A DNA stretch of 64,000 bases from the sequence record PQ805430.1. One strand, given 5' to 3'. The DNA is from Escherichia phage EK8. The stretch's first letter is position 1. The number at the start of each line of letters is the position of its first letter. Under the pieces are notes generated by a model. It was not told the origin of the DNA and made no database searches. It saw nothing but the letters and a program-made list of their open reading frames with translations. The position numbers and the translations under genes were made by a program. This document shows positions 18,956-26,970 of this stretch, piece by piece.

Positions 18956-19605
18956 TCCTTATAACAGTAGGCAACGATTTCAACATCGACCTCTTTACGC
19001 CGGGCAACCATATCTTCATGCTCTTGAATACGAGCACGACCATACGGTGACAGCCAGTCATCAGGATCAGCTTTAGCGTAACGGGCTTCGATACAGCCAC
19101 GACGCCACTTGATCAAATAGCGATGAGCAGCCAGATATGACTTGAAGAACTGAGCACGATAAACGCACTCTTCATCAAACTCTCTGGCTTCATCACCCAT
19201 TACACGGTTGGAGATAAACTTATCGGTAAGGAACTTACCGGTGCCAACCTCACGCAGGAAATACATGGTCTTGAATTGGGTATCACCCCCACGATATTCA
19301 TGCAGTCGCAACATCGTGATTTCCATATCCTCACGTTGACGTGTGGGTACAGGAATAGGTTTACCCGGATAAGTCCAGTAATAGCTGTGGTATTCATCGC
19401 CATCCCAGTCTTCTTCACGAGGGATCTGACCTTGCAGCCAGATGGTGAGATAGATTTTGGCATGGCGTAATTCCGGGAATACACGCGGATATGCTAACCG
19501 TGGATCAATGGGTTCAACCCATGAACCACCACGCATACGACTGGACTTGGGTTTAGGCAGAAACTCCTTACGTCGTTTAATGGCATACACATGCTGAGTT
19601 AACAT
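18946..19605 (-). CDS. hypothetical early protein (219 aa)
   Basis: ORF in early block. Confidence 0.5.
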   Translation of the reverse strand: MLTQHVYAIKRRKEFLPKPKSSRMRGGSWVEPIDPRLAYPRVFPELRHAKIYLTIWLQGQIPREEDWDGDEYHSYYWTYPGKPIPVPTRQREDMEITMLRLHEYRGGDTQFKTMYFLREVGTGKFLTDKFISNRVMGDEAREFDEECVYRAQFFKSYLAAHRYLIKWRRGCIEARYAKADPDDWLSPYGRARIQEHEDMVARRKEVDVEIVAYCYKECK

Positions 19606-19844
19606 TAACGAAACCTCATTTGTGTTACAGGTTCAATGTGGAATTGCCAGTGGTTATTACCCAGGTATTCCACGGAATAGTAATTACCCATATGGTGGGT
19701 TTTATCCTTACCCATATGGTTAATACTTACAGCCGGTGCATCAATGACATTAATACCCAGTAGTTTGAATATACGCATTTGATCCATCATGGCTTTAGTT
19801 AGCCAGATGCCTTTACCGGTCTTACTACATCTGAGCTTTTGCAT
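19605..19844 (-). CDS. small protein, paralog-family member (79 aa)
   Basis: motif LTKAMMDQMRIFKLLGINV. Confidence 0.45.
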   Translation of the reverse strand: MQKLRCSKTGKGIWLTKAMMDQMRIFKLLGINVIDAPAVSINHMGKDKTHHMGNYYSVEYLGNNHWQFHIEPVTQMRFR

Positions 19845-20115
19845 AGGCTTCCTCTACTAATAAACGTAGAGCGTGCATAGCCTGATTACAGGTTTCACCC
19901 TCTTTGGTGATGTGGATAATGTCAGCCGGTGTACCGTCTTCCAGGGTTTTACCAATATCCGCATACAGAATGTAATTACCACGGCCATCGGATTCCATAG
20001 ACAGCTTTACGTCTTTCTCTTTGAAATAACGCTCATCATCTTCGTCGATAGCGTTAATTTCTGTATTGGTTCGATTACCGAAAGGACGGGTATAGATTAA
20101 GCAATTAATTGGCAT
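19825..20115 (-). CDS. hypothetical early protein (96 aa)
   Basis: ORF in early block. Confidence 0.45.
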   Translation of the reverse strand: MPINCLIYTRPFGNRTNTEINAIDEDDERYFKEKDVKLSMESDGRGNYILYADIGKTLEDGTPADIIHITKEGETCNQAMHALRLLVEEAYAKAQM

Positions 20116-20237
20116 AAGATTTACCTTTTAACCATGCAGCTTTATAGATATCCCATAAGTCTATCTCAATAGCTTTAGGGCCATAATTAGCAGTGAGCCA
20201 CATTCTGTAATCACTGCGGCATTGAATGAGTTCTTGT

Positions 20238-20486
20238 TCAGTCACGGAATAATTGCTCCATATCGGTTAACAATTCGTATTTAAGGCTGACCTGCACTTC
20301 CATTGGAATGGGTTGAGGTGTCACGCCTAACATAAGCTGGGTTCGATGCTGACTTATAAAGTCCTCATCAATAATTTTGGTAATGAGTTGAGTTATATCT
20401 AACTCCACTTCACCATCTTTAAGGTAATACCTTAAGATAATTGGTTTAAGTTTACTCATACGATTAGTCCAGGACGGGAAACTCAT
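20238..20486 (-). CDS. small protein, paralog-family member (82 aa)
   Basis: motif IDEDFISQHRTQLMLGVTP. Confidence 0.5.
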   Translation of the reverse strand: MSFPSWTNRMSKLKPIILRYYLKDGEVELDITQLITKIIDEDFISQHRTQLMLGVTPQPIPMEVQVSLKYELLTDMEQLFRD

Positions 20487-20505
20487 AAATATGGCCGGAG
20501 GCCAT

Positions 20506-20533
20506 AAAAAATAAGATAAGCCCCGAAGGGCTT
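20506..20533 (-). terminator. rho-independent terminator candidate
   Basis: aagccc-cgaa-gggctt hairpin then atcttatttttt on minus strand. Confidence 0.45.
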
Positions 20534-20702
20534 ATTTAGATTTAAACAAAGATATGGGATAACCAATCATAAATATCACAAAGCCCATTACGAGAATGAA
20601 GGCAGTGAATACCAGTTCAGCAATAAGCATGGCAATGGCAAACACAAACGGCAGCAGGCCAGTGAAGTAAAGTACGACCATTACGATCAGGAATGTGATC
20701 AT
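20532..20702 (-). CDS. small membrane protein (56 aa, below ORF-track cut-off)
   Basis: hand translation MITFLIVMVVLYFTGLLPFVFAIAMLIAELVFTAFILVMGFVIFMIGYPISLFKSK; ATGA overlap with upstream gene stop. Confidence 0.35.
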   Translation of the reverse strand: MITFLIVMVVLYFTGLLPFVFAIAMLIAELVFTAFILVMGFVIFMIGYPISLFKSK

Positions 20703-21091
20703 TCAAATGTTACCTTTTTCCAATACTGCATATTGATATAACCACCCTTACGAATATGTTTATCGATACGGTTAAGCGTATGCTCCACCTGAGCTTTAAG
20801 TTCTGGCTTGCAGCCGTCACGGTACTCAGCGGAATGCGCGAGGTAATAATCCTCGCCATAGATCGTTATCTCGATCCGATTGATGTAATACTGCTGTCCC
20901 AGGTGCGTCTGCATCAGACGACGAGCAATACGAGGGAATGTCAATGCGCGAGCATGTTCACGCTCTAAACGCATTTCGAAGCCCGCAGCACGGGCTTTAA
21001 CGATTTCGTCATGTACCATTAAATGTGATTGCATAATATGTCCCCAGTCCCGAAGCGATGATGAACAACCATACAGCGAGAATAATGGCAA
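20699..21091 (-). CDS. hypothetical early protein (130 aa; true start probably an internal Met)
   Basis: ORF; annotated 5' end overlaps upstream gene. Confidence 0.45.
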   Translation of the reverse strand: MPLFSLYGCSSSLRDWGHIMQSHLMVHDEIVKARAAGFEMRLEREHARALTFPRIARRLMQTHLGQQYYINRIEITIYGEDYYLAHSAEYRDGCKPELKAQVEHTLNRIDKHIRKGGYINMQYWKKVTFE

Positions 21092-21224
21092 TAATGCCTA
21101 TCTCCAGTGCATGGTTAGGTTTGGTTCCGAACATGCGAGCACGTTCTTCCTCATGCCGAATACCCCAATAGAGCATCGGCACAACGATGATAGTGAACAA
21201 CGCAAAGCCTAAGAGGTAACCCAT
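21009..21224 (-). CDS. small membrane protein (71 aa, start re-assigned to internal ATG)
   Basis: GAGGA RBS 6 nt before ATG at 21224; two hydrophobic helices; ORF-track start 21299 adds an implausible Cys-rich leader. Confidence 0.4.
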   Translation of the reverse strand: MGYLLGFALFTIIVVPMLYWGIRHEEERARMFGTKPNHALEIGIIAIILAVWLFIIASGLGTYYAITFNGT

Positions 21225-21358
21225 ACTTAGTCCTCGTACTGATTCATGCTTACCAGACGGACAGCAGCGAAGGTTGCTACTACGGATACAGCAGCCCATA
21301 CGAGCAGACCGGTTAAAATAGTCATAATTAATACCTCTGGTTTAAATGGAATCACCCG

Positions 21359-21371
21359 ACTCGCTATGCGA
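21359..21371 (-). promoter_or_regulatory. hairpin element ctcgc-TAT-gcgag (candidate hairpin promoter)
   Basis: same cgcTATgcg core, in spacer upstream of small membrane-protein genes. Confidence 0.3.
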
Positions 21372-21387
21372 GCCAGGTTTTGATTAT

Positions 21388-22011
21388 TTATGCACGGATG
21401 ACAAGTTGCATGTCTGGTACAGTCAAAGCAGCGTTCGTGTCCTGCACGTAGACTGCGTTATGTGGGTCACCCTCTTCCAGTGTCTTCTGTAACTTTTGAC
21501 GACCACCATACGCATATCCCTGGGCCATATAGAACAGAGTACCATCAGGTAGGTCACCAAACCGCTCCACACGCGGTAAATCGCTTGCACCTACATCAAC
21601 TACAGGCAGATTGAGTTCAGTCGCTCTGTGAGCGATACAGGCGCTTTTAGAGGGATTGACCATCTCGCTACGCTCAATGGTCGCTTCGCTGCACTTCATG
21701 CAATTACAAGCATCACCACATACAGATAAGTCAGTAAGTGGTTTGATTGGACGACAGAACTCAATAACATCTGACCAGCCATCTACAGGCTCATTATCAC
21801 CGTGGAACAGTGTGATGTAGTGGAAGTCAGATTCACGCTGTCCTAACAGCCATGCGTATACAGATGCTTTATCTTCAAACTCTTTCTCTGTCGAGTGAGT
21901 TGCATCAAAGGTCAGATAGTCCAGTACGAATAACGTAGTCATAGTATGTCTCCAATAAGTTAAGTGTATTACTTCACTTAAAGTGCTATGCACTACTACC
22001 GGTCGTAACAC
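21388..22011 (-). CDS. hypothetical early protein with Cys cluster (207 aa)
   Basis: ORF; CGDACNCMKC motif. Confidence 0.45.
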   Translation of the reverse strand: MLRPVVVHSTLSEVIHLTYWRHTMTTLFVLDYLTFDATHSTEKEFEDKASVYAWLLGQRESDFHYITLFHGDNEPVDGWSDVIEFCRPIKPLTDLSVCGDACNCMKCSEATIERSEMVNPSKSACIAHRATELNLPVVDVGASDLPRVERFGDLPDGTLFYMAQGYAYGGRQKLQKTLEEGDPHNAVYVQDTNAALTVPDMQLVIRA

Positions 22012-22038
22012 TACGGTACTACGTACCTACGTGTTACT

Positions 22039-22090
22039 GACTAACCAATACTTCGTACTACGCTTCGCTACGTACTCGTATTGGTTAGTC
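22039..22090. repeat. perfect 13-bp inverted repeat gactaaccaatac / gtattggttagtc with 26-bp spacer
   Basis: read directly at 22039..22051 and 22078..22090. Confidence 0.8.
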
Positions 22091-22118
22091 TTACATCCCT
22101 AGTTATGTATACACATAC

Positions 22119-22259
22119 TAATAGTAAGGTTATTAGATATAAGGTAGATATGAGTTATAGATATAGGATAGGTATAGGTATAGAGATAGTAGTTGATAGG
22201 GTATAGGTAGAGATAAGTGATATAGATATAGATAAAGTAGTAGTAAGAGTAAGTAGTAA
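22119..22259. repeat. cytosine-free microsatellite-like tract (GTA/TAG/ATA units)
   Basis: 141 bp with no C on plus strand; only 4 C in 22119..22320; units taggta, gatatag, gtagtaa. Confidence 0.8.
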
Positions 22260-22520
22260 CAAAGTAGTAAGTAAGTAGAGATAGTAGTAACAGGTAGATA
22301 CTAAACATAAGTAAGTAGTGTTTTACTCAGTAAATACATCCTAATCTCTGTCAACCTTTTCCACTAATATAAATTTCCGATAAGGGTTATCGATAAAAGT
22401 GGTATAGGAAACTTACTGTATGATTTCTGACCGTCATACCTAGCGCGAGTAAAAGCTGTAAAGTTTTGGTAACTTATAGCGCGCCTTACTGTCTCAGTGG
22501 TGAGTTGTGTAATGTGTAAT

Positions 22521-22557
22521 TGTGTAGAAAAGAAATAGCCTACTCCGAAGAGTAGGC
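22521..22557 (-). terminator. rho-independent terminator after the first early gene
   Basis: 8-bp stem gcctactc/gagtaggc, loop cgaa, then ctatttcttttct on minus strand. Confidence 0.5.
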
Positions 22558-22564
22558 ATTGATG

Positions 22565-22819
22565 TTATGCAGTAGCAGTAGCTGATGCAGCCAGAGCTTT
22601 GACTTGGTTATCAAGCTCAGACTTAGCTGCGTTGTAAATCATCTGGTCTTTGATTTCGATGAGTTCACCGAAGCGTTTAGCTTTGTTCTCTGCTACCTTA
22701 GCCAGCTCATCACCAGCAGTAGCCAGACGATTGACTGCGGTTGCAGTTGTGGTGACAGTGGATACGGTTGCAACTACAGCACCAGTGAGAGCAGCGAACA
22801 GACCTTGTGGTTGGGACAT
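22565..22819 (-). CDS. hypothetical small protein (84 aa), apparently monocistronic
   Basis: ORF followed immediately by a terminator. Confidence 0.5.
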   Translation of the reverse strand: MSQPQGLFAALTGAVVATVSTVTTTATAVNRLATAGDELAKVAENKAKRFGELIEIKDQMIYNAAKSELDNQVKALAASATATA

Positions 22820-22991
22820 GAGTAATACTCCATAGCTATTGGATTAATGTAAGGGATGAAGGCATCTCACCTTCAAGACTCTGAAGCCTCCCACATCGCA
22901 GAGCTACGATTGTGGGTGCATACATGTGATTAATCTCAAGCAGACAATGTATGAAAACACTGAATGAGATGGATACGTATATCCATATGAT

Positions 22992-23002
22992 GGCCTATGG
23001 CC
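22992..23002 (-). promoter_or_regulatory. hairpin element ggcc-TAT-ggcc (weaker relative of the cgcTATgcg hairpins)
   Basis: 4-bp GC stem, TAT loop, about 175 bp upstream of gene start 22819. Confidence 0.2.
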
Positions 23003-23133
23003 TGAATTGTGTAAGGCGTAGTAAGAATCCTTTTTCAGCCAGCACTATGGAGGGGGTATCCACCCAAAGCTACAGCCAGAGTAGTAAGTTGAGCACTCGT
23101 ACCTAAATTAAAAAATTTTATAAAAGTTTTCCC

Positions 23134-23334
23134 TTAAACTTTTTTATCTCTATCCAGCGGAGCTATCCTGTTTACCCACCCTTCAAACTTATCCCTGAGT
23201 TTATCCATACCGTTCCAAATACTTTCAAAGATATAAGCAAGCACTAACGCTATACCACCCACCAACCATATCACTAACCAAACTGGCAGCAGAGAGATAC
23301 GGATAGCCTTGCTCTTGGTACTCATGCGATACAT
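23134..23334 (-). CDS. small membrane protein (66 aa)
   Basis: one strong TM helix; GAGG RBS; flanked by AT-rich sequence. Confidence 0.4.
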   Translation of the reverse strand: MYRMSTKSKAIRISLLPVWLVIWLVGGIALVLAYIFESIWNGMDKLRDKFEGWVNRIAPLDRDKKV

Positions 23335-23362
23335 AAAATTTTCCTCATAAAATTTTTAAAAA

Positions 23363-23391
23363 TTGCCCAACCTTTCGACCCTATTTATACT
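23363..23391 (+). promoter_or_regulatory. sigma70-like promoter candidate for the late operon
   Basis: -35 ttgccc (23363..23368), 17-bp spacer, -10 tatact (23386..23391), about 30 bp before the first late gene. Confidence 0.3.
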
Positions 23392-23422
23392 CTGGCTTAG
23401 AACCTATAGGGAGACTATATCA

Positions 23423-24109
23423 ATGGCATTGCTCGATTTAAATACACTCAAAGCTGCGTTGCCTGACAACATCCGTAAGACTATCACTGATGAAGTGTTG
23501 AATGGGATTAACGCTGCTGTGGCTGACCCCCAGTTTTACGAGTATTACCGTAACAACCTGTTGAGCTATGGCCATGTGCTGAAAGAAGGGAAGTTTACGG
23601 TTAAGCAGTACAGTGCAGCAGTCCGGTATGTGTCGTATAAGCTGATGGGCTTAACGAACCAGGAAGCGTGGATGAAGACCTTCCCGGACAAGTATGCGTA
23701 CTTCGCTCAGAAGGGCACCAGTGCAAAAGACATTTCAAGTTACGTCCATGCGTACCATAATACTAAACTGGTAAACCTGGTAATGGAGCAGTCGCTTGTT
23801 CCTGTGCATGTGGTAGGCCGTGACCTGTTCTGGAAAGCTCTCAACGTTCAGGCTGAGTTAATGGTCAGTGCTACCAGTGAAAAGGTACGCAGCGATGCTG
23901 CGAACAGCGTACTGAACACGTTGCGCCCGCCTGAGACTAAGAAGATGGAACTGGATATCAACCACAAGGACGATGGTACGCTGGAGGCGTTGCGTGCTGC
24001 TACGCAGGCTCTGGTAGACCAGCAATCGAATGCGATTGCTAGTGGGACAGTAACAGCAGGGCAGGTGGCCGCGTACCGTGTCATTGAAGCGGAGAAACTC
24101 GATGAGTAA
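23423..24109 (+). CDS. putative terminase small subunit (229 aa)
   Basis: first gene of late operon, directly upstream of large terminase; GGGAGA RBS 8 nt before ATG at 23423 (ORF-track start 23363 is a TTG). Confidence 0.35.
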   Translation: MALLDLNTLKAALPDNIRKTITDEVLNGINAAVADPQFYEYYRNNLLSYGHVLKEGKFTVKQYSAAVRYVSYKLMGLTNQEAWMKTFPDKYAYFAQKGTSAKDISSYVHAYHNTKLVNLVMEQSLVPVHVVGRDLFWKALNVQAELMVSATSEKVRSDAANSVLNTLRPPETKKMELDINHKDDGTLEALRAATQALVDQQSNAIASGTVTAGQVAAYRVIEAEKLDE

Positions 24110-24272
24110 GCCAGAACTGATAGTGACACTGTTTGGGATAGGTGCGTTTTTACTGGGTGCATTCATGGCCTGGCTTAAGCGTTGTCGGCATTCATATTAC
24201 TTTGTACGCACGGCCACTGATGGAAAAAAGGTGCTGTGCTGTGCGAAATGCGGGAAGGTTAAAGTCCAATGA
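24102..24272 (+). CDS. small membrane protein with C-terminal Cys pairs (56 aa)
   Basis: ATGA overlap with upstream stop; GGAGA RBS; hydrophobic helix. Confidence 0.35.
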   Translation: MSKPELIVTLFGIGAFLLGAFMAWLKRCRHSYYFVRTATDGKKVLCCAKCGKVKVQ

Positions 24273-24412
24273 TTACCTTATGGCCCGATTTCAAAGATCA
24301 ATCCCTGGCTTTCAACGAAGAAGAAGGTAAGTGGGAATTTAATAGCCGCCTCTACAGACGTAGGGGCCAGGCCGAAAAAGCAGCCTGGAAAGCATGGAAT
24401 AAGATGCGATGA
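24269..24412 (+). CDS. small protein (47 aa, below ORF-track cut-off)
   Basis: hand translation MITLWPDFKDQSLAFNEEEGKWEFNSRLYRRRGQAEKAAWKAWNKMR; overlaps both neighbours by ATGA. Confidence 0.3.
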   Translation: MITLWPDFKDQSLAFNEEEGKWEFNSRLYRRRGQAEKAAWKAWNKMR

Positions 24413-26022
24413 AAGACCTGGTAATGGGAGAACAGATCACCGCCCGCACCGTGGATAGCTGGTTGGCAGACGTTGACTATAACGACGATCCGACTTACCA
24501 GCCGTCCCGGTTCGCGCTGGAATTTGTGCTGTTCATCAAGATGGTGAACGGCGGGCAGGGGGAGGAAAACAAATCCCCCGTCCTGCACTACAAAATGTTG
24601 GATCAGGTTGTGTCCGGCGATACCCGTATCGCCAACATGATTCACCGTGGTGCCGCTAAGACGACCATCATGGGTGAATACCTGTTCCTGTATATCGGCG
24701 TTTATGGGGAGATCCCCGGCTTCGGTAAAATTGAACTGGCCTTGTACGTGTCGGACTCCATCGATAACGGCGTGAAGAACATGCGTAAGAACCTGGAGTT
24801 CCGCTATGAGAACAGCCCGTTCTTGCAGCAGTACATCCCGGTAGCGAAGTTCACTGATATCCGCTGGGAGTTCCAGAACGTCGATGGTAATAAGTTCGTG
24901 GTCAAGGGCTACGGTGCGAAGACCGGCGTTCGTGGTACGAAAGAAATGGGTAAACGTCCCCGTCTGGCGGTACTCGATGACCTGGTTTCGGATGAGGACG
25001 CACGTTCTCCGACTGTTATCGCGGCCATCGAAGATACCATCTACAAGGCAGTGGAATACGCCCTCCACCCTGAACGTAACATGATGATCTGGTCGGGTAC
25101 GCCGTTTAACGCATCCGATCCACTGTACAAAGCAGTCGAGTCCGGTGCCTGGTCGGTTAACGTCTACCCGGTGTGCGAGCGTTTCCCCTGCACGAAAGAA
25201 GATTTCCGGGGTAGCTGGCCTGACCGTTTCCCGTATGAGTACGTCAAACGCCAGTACGATAAGGCGTTACAGGCCGGAATGATTTCGATGTTTAACCAGG
25301 AGCTTATGCTTCGCATTATGTCCGACGAGGATCGCCTGATCGCAGATGGTGATATTCGTTGGTACAAAATCGACCTGGTTAAAAATAACCCGACCAACTT
25401 CAACTTCTACATCACCACTGACTTTGCGACCGGCGAGAAGCAGGCGAATGACTTCTCGGTTATCTCCGTGTGGGCTTATAACAACAACGGTGACTGGTTC
25501 TGGGTAGACGGGATCTGTAAACGACAGGATATGGCCAAGAACATTGATGACCTCTTCCGGCTCAATGCAAAATACAGGCCAATCTCCGTGGGTGTTGAAG
25601 TCTCCGGGCAACAGCAGGGCTTTATCTCAATCATCCAGGAGCGTATGGGCCGAACCAACAACTGGTTCACTCTGGCTTCAAACGAGAACTCAAACCAGCC
25701 TGGTATCAGGCCGAATACGAACAAGCTGCAACGCTTTAACGTAGTCGTGCCCTGGTTTAAGGCCGGTAAGATGTATTTCCCGATTGAGCACAAACATGAA
25801 GCCCCGCTCATGGAAATGATGGATGAACTTAAGCTGGCCTCAGTCGGAGGGTTTAAGTCCAAGCACGATGACGCCGTTGATACCATCTCCATGCTCGCCA
25901 GCATGAAACCGTTCAAGCCGAGCGAAGAAAGCACGCAGACAACCTGGGAGGATGGTAATATTTGGGATCAGAAAGTTGATGATGGTTGGGGCGATAGTGG
26001 CCTTAACTCCTACCTACCGTGA
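24409..26022 (+). CDS. terL: terminase large subunit
   Basis: 537 aa; Walker A-like HRGAAKTT, Walker B LAVLDD, C-terminal nuclease-like region with acidic residues. Confidence 0.8.
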   Translation: MKDLVMGEQITARTVDSWLADVDYNDDPTYQPSRFALEFVLFIKMVNGGQGEENKSPVLHYKMLDQVVSGDTRIANMIHRGAAKTTIMGEYLFLYIGVYGEIPGFGKIELALYVSDSIDNGVKNMRKNLEFRYENSPFLQQYIPVAKFTDIRWEFQNVDGNKFVVKGYGAKTGVRGTKEMGKRPRLAVLDDLVSDEDARSPTVIAAIEDTIYKAVEYALHPERNMMIWSGTPFNASDPLYKAVESGAWSVNVYPVCERFPCTKEDFRGSWPDRFPYEYVKRQYDKALQAGMISMFNQELMLRIMSDEDRLIADGDIRWYKIDLVKNNPTNFNFYITTDFATGEKQANDFSVISVWAYNNNGDWFWVDGICKRQDMAKNIDDLFRLNAKYRPISVGVEVSGQQQGFISIIQERMGRTNNWFTLASNENSNQPGIRPNTNKLQRFNVVVPWFKAGKMYFPIEHKHEAPLMEMMDELKLASVGGFKSKHDDAVDTISMLASMKPFKPSEESTQTTWEDGNIWDQKVDDGWGDSGLNSYLP

Positions 26023-26030
26023 GGTGAGGC

Positions 26031-26939
26031 ATGAAATTAAGACTGTCCGACGTATTGGATAACCTTCTGGTCGGAGAGTTCGCACAAACAGGCTGGGCAC
26101 AAGATGGTGAGTTTTCCGTAGCGACGGTGAACAAGATTATCATCCTGCTCAATGCTGCATTGGGCGATATCTCTTCTCGGTTCTGGATTAAGAGGAAAGA
26201 AGTCTTCCTCCAGACCTGCCGGGGCCAGACGCTGTACGTGATCGATAACTCGGTCGCAAGTGCCCAGATGAAATTGCAGGGTGGCAACTGTAATTTAACC
26301 ACCAGCACTGGTGAAGTCTGGGAAGATGATCTCCAGCAGATCTATGAAGTCTATGACTGCAACGGGAATGAGATGCCTCTCGCGCACGACGTAGGTTCGC
26401 CGCACGCCAGTGCAAGGCGAACCTGCAAGTGCGGGGCACCGATTAGCCCGGAAGAACTGGATGAGATGTGTTACAAATGCCGTAACGCCCGGTTCAGTAA
26501 AACCGTGGATAAACCAGGTACGATTGTTACCCGGCACCATCCGTTTGGTGTACCGAACATTCGTCCGGGCGACTCGTGCTCTATCCAGCTTGCAGCGTAT
26601 AACACGATCCGTGTACCGGATAACCTGACTCCGCAGAAACTGCGTGTCGTGTACCGGGCAACGGCGAAGCGTGTTAAGAAAATTGAAAACAACGGTGTCC
26701 CATATGACCCAACTCGAATTTTTATTGATGTGCCTTACGAGTATCTCCAGGCGATTCTTTTTTATATTGCTTCTCGTAAGTTCAACTCTAATAAATCCGG
26801 GGTACAGGGTGGGATGCACGAAGGGAACAACTACTACCAAAAATACATTGCAGCCTGTACACTACTGCAAGACCAGGGAGCCGGTGTCGAACCGGTAGGG
26901 AACTCAGGAAGTAAGTTCGAACAGAACGGATTTGTATAA
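26031..26939 (+). CDS. hypothetical protein with zinc-ribbon-like Cys cluster (302 aa)
   Basis: ORF; CKCGAP...CYKC. Confidence 0.5.
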   Translation: MKLRLSDVLDNLLVGEFAQTGWAQDGEFSVATVNKIIILLNAALGDISSRFWIKRKEVFLQTCRGQTLYVIDNSVASAQMKLQGGNCNLTTSTGEVWEDDLQQIYEVYDCNGNEMPLAHDVGSPHASARRTCKCGAPISPEELDEMCYKCRNARFSKTVDKPGTIVTRHHPFGVPNIRPGDSCSIQLAAYNTIRVPDNLTPQKLRVVYRATAKRVKKIENNGVPYDPTRIFIDVPYEYLQAILFYIASRKFNSNKSGVQGGMHEGNNYYQKYIAACTLLQDQGAGVEPVGNSGSKFEQNGFV

Positions 26940-26940
26940 T

Positions 26941-26968
26941 AAAAAGCCCCTCATTGAGGGGCTTAATT
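26941..26968. terminator. bidirectional rho-independent terminator candidate
   Basis: agcccctc-att-gaggggct flanked by A-run upstream and T-rich downstream; sits between convergent genes. Confidence 0.5.
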
Positions 26969-26970
26969 AT

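Noticed and set aside
22099-22308. 69-aa ORF composed almost entirely of Tyr/Leu/Ile/Thr
   Set aside because: It lies entirely within the C-free repeat tract, is a low-complexity translation of the repeats, and has no RBS.
22119-22320. Possible CRISPR array or tandem-repeat locus in the repeat tract
   Set aside because: No regular repeat-spacer periodicity; units are degenerate 3-7 nt microsatellites without unique spacers, and no cas genes are present.
23395-23417. 12-nt identity to the T7 promoter core (ctatagggagac) upstream of the first late gene
   Set aside because: The match ends at the GGGAGA that serves as the RBS of the 23423 gene, the upstream specificity region does not resemble T7-group promoters, and a sigma70-like -35/-10 pair lies just upstream. 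It occurs once only and is most simply a coincidence of -10-like TATA plus RBS.
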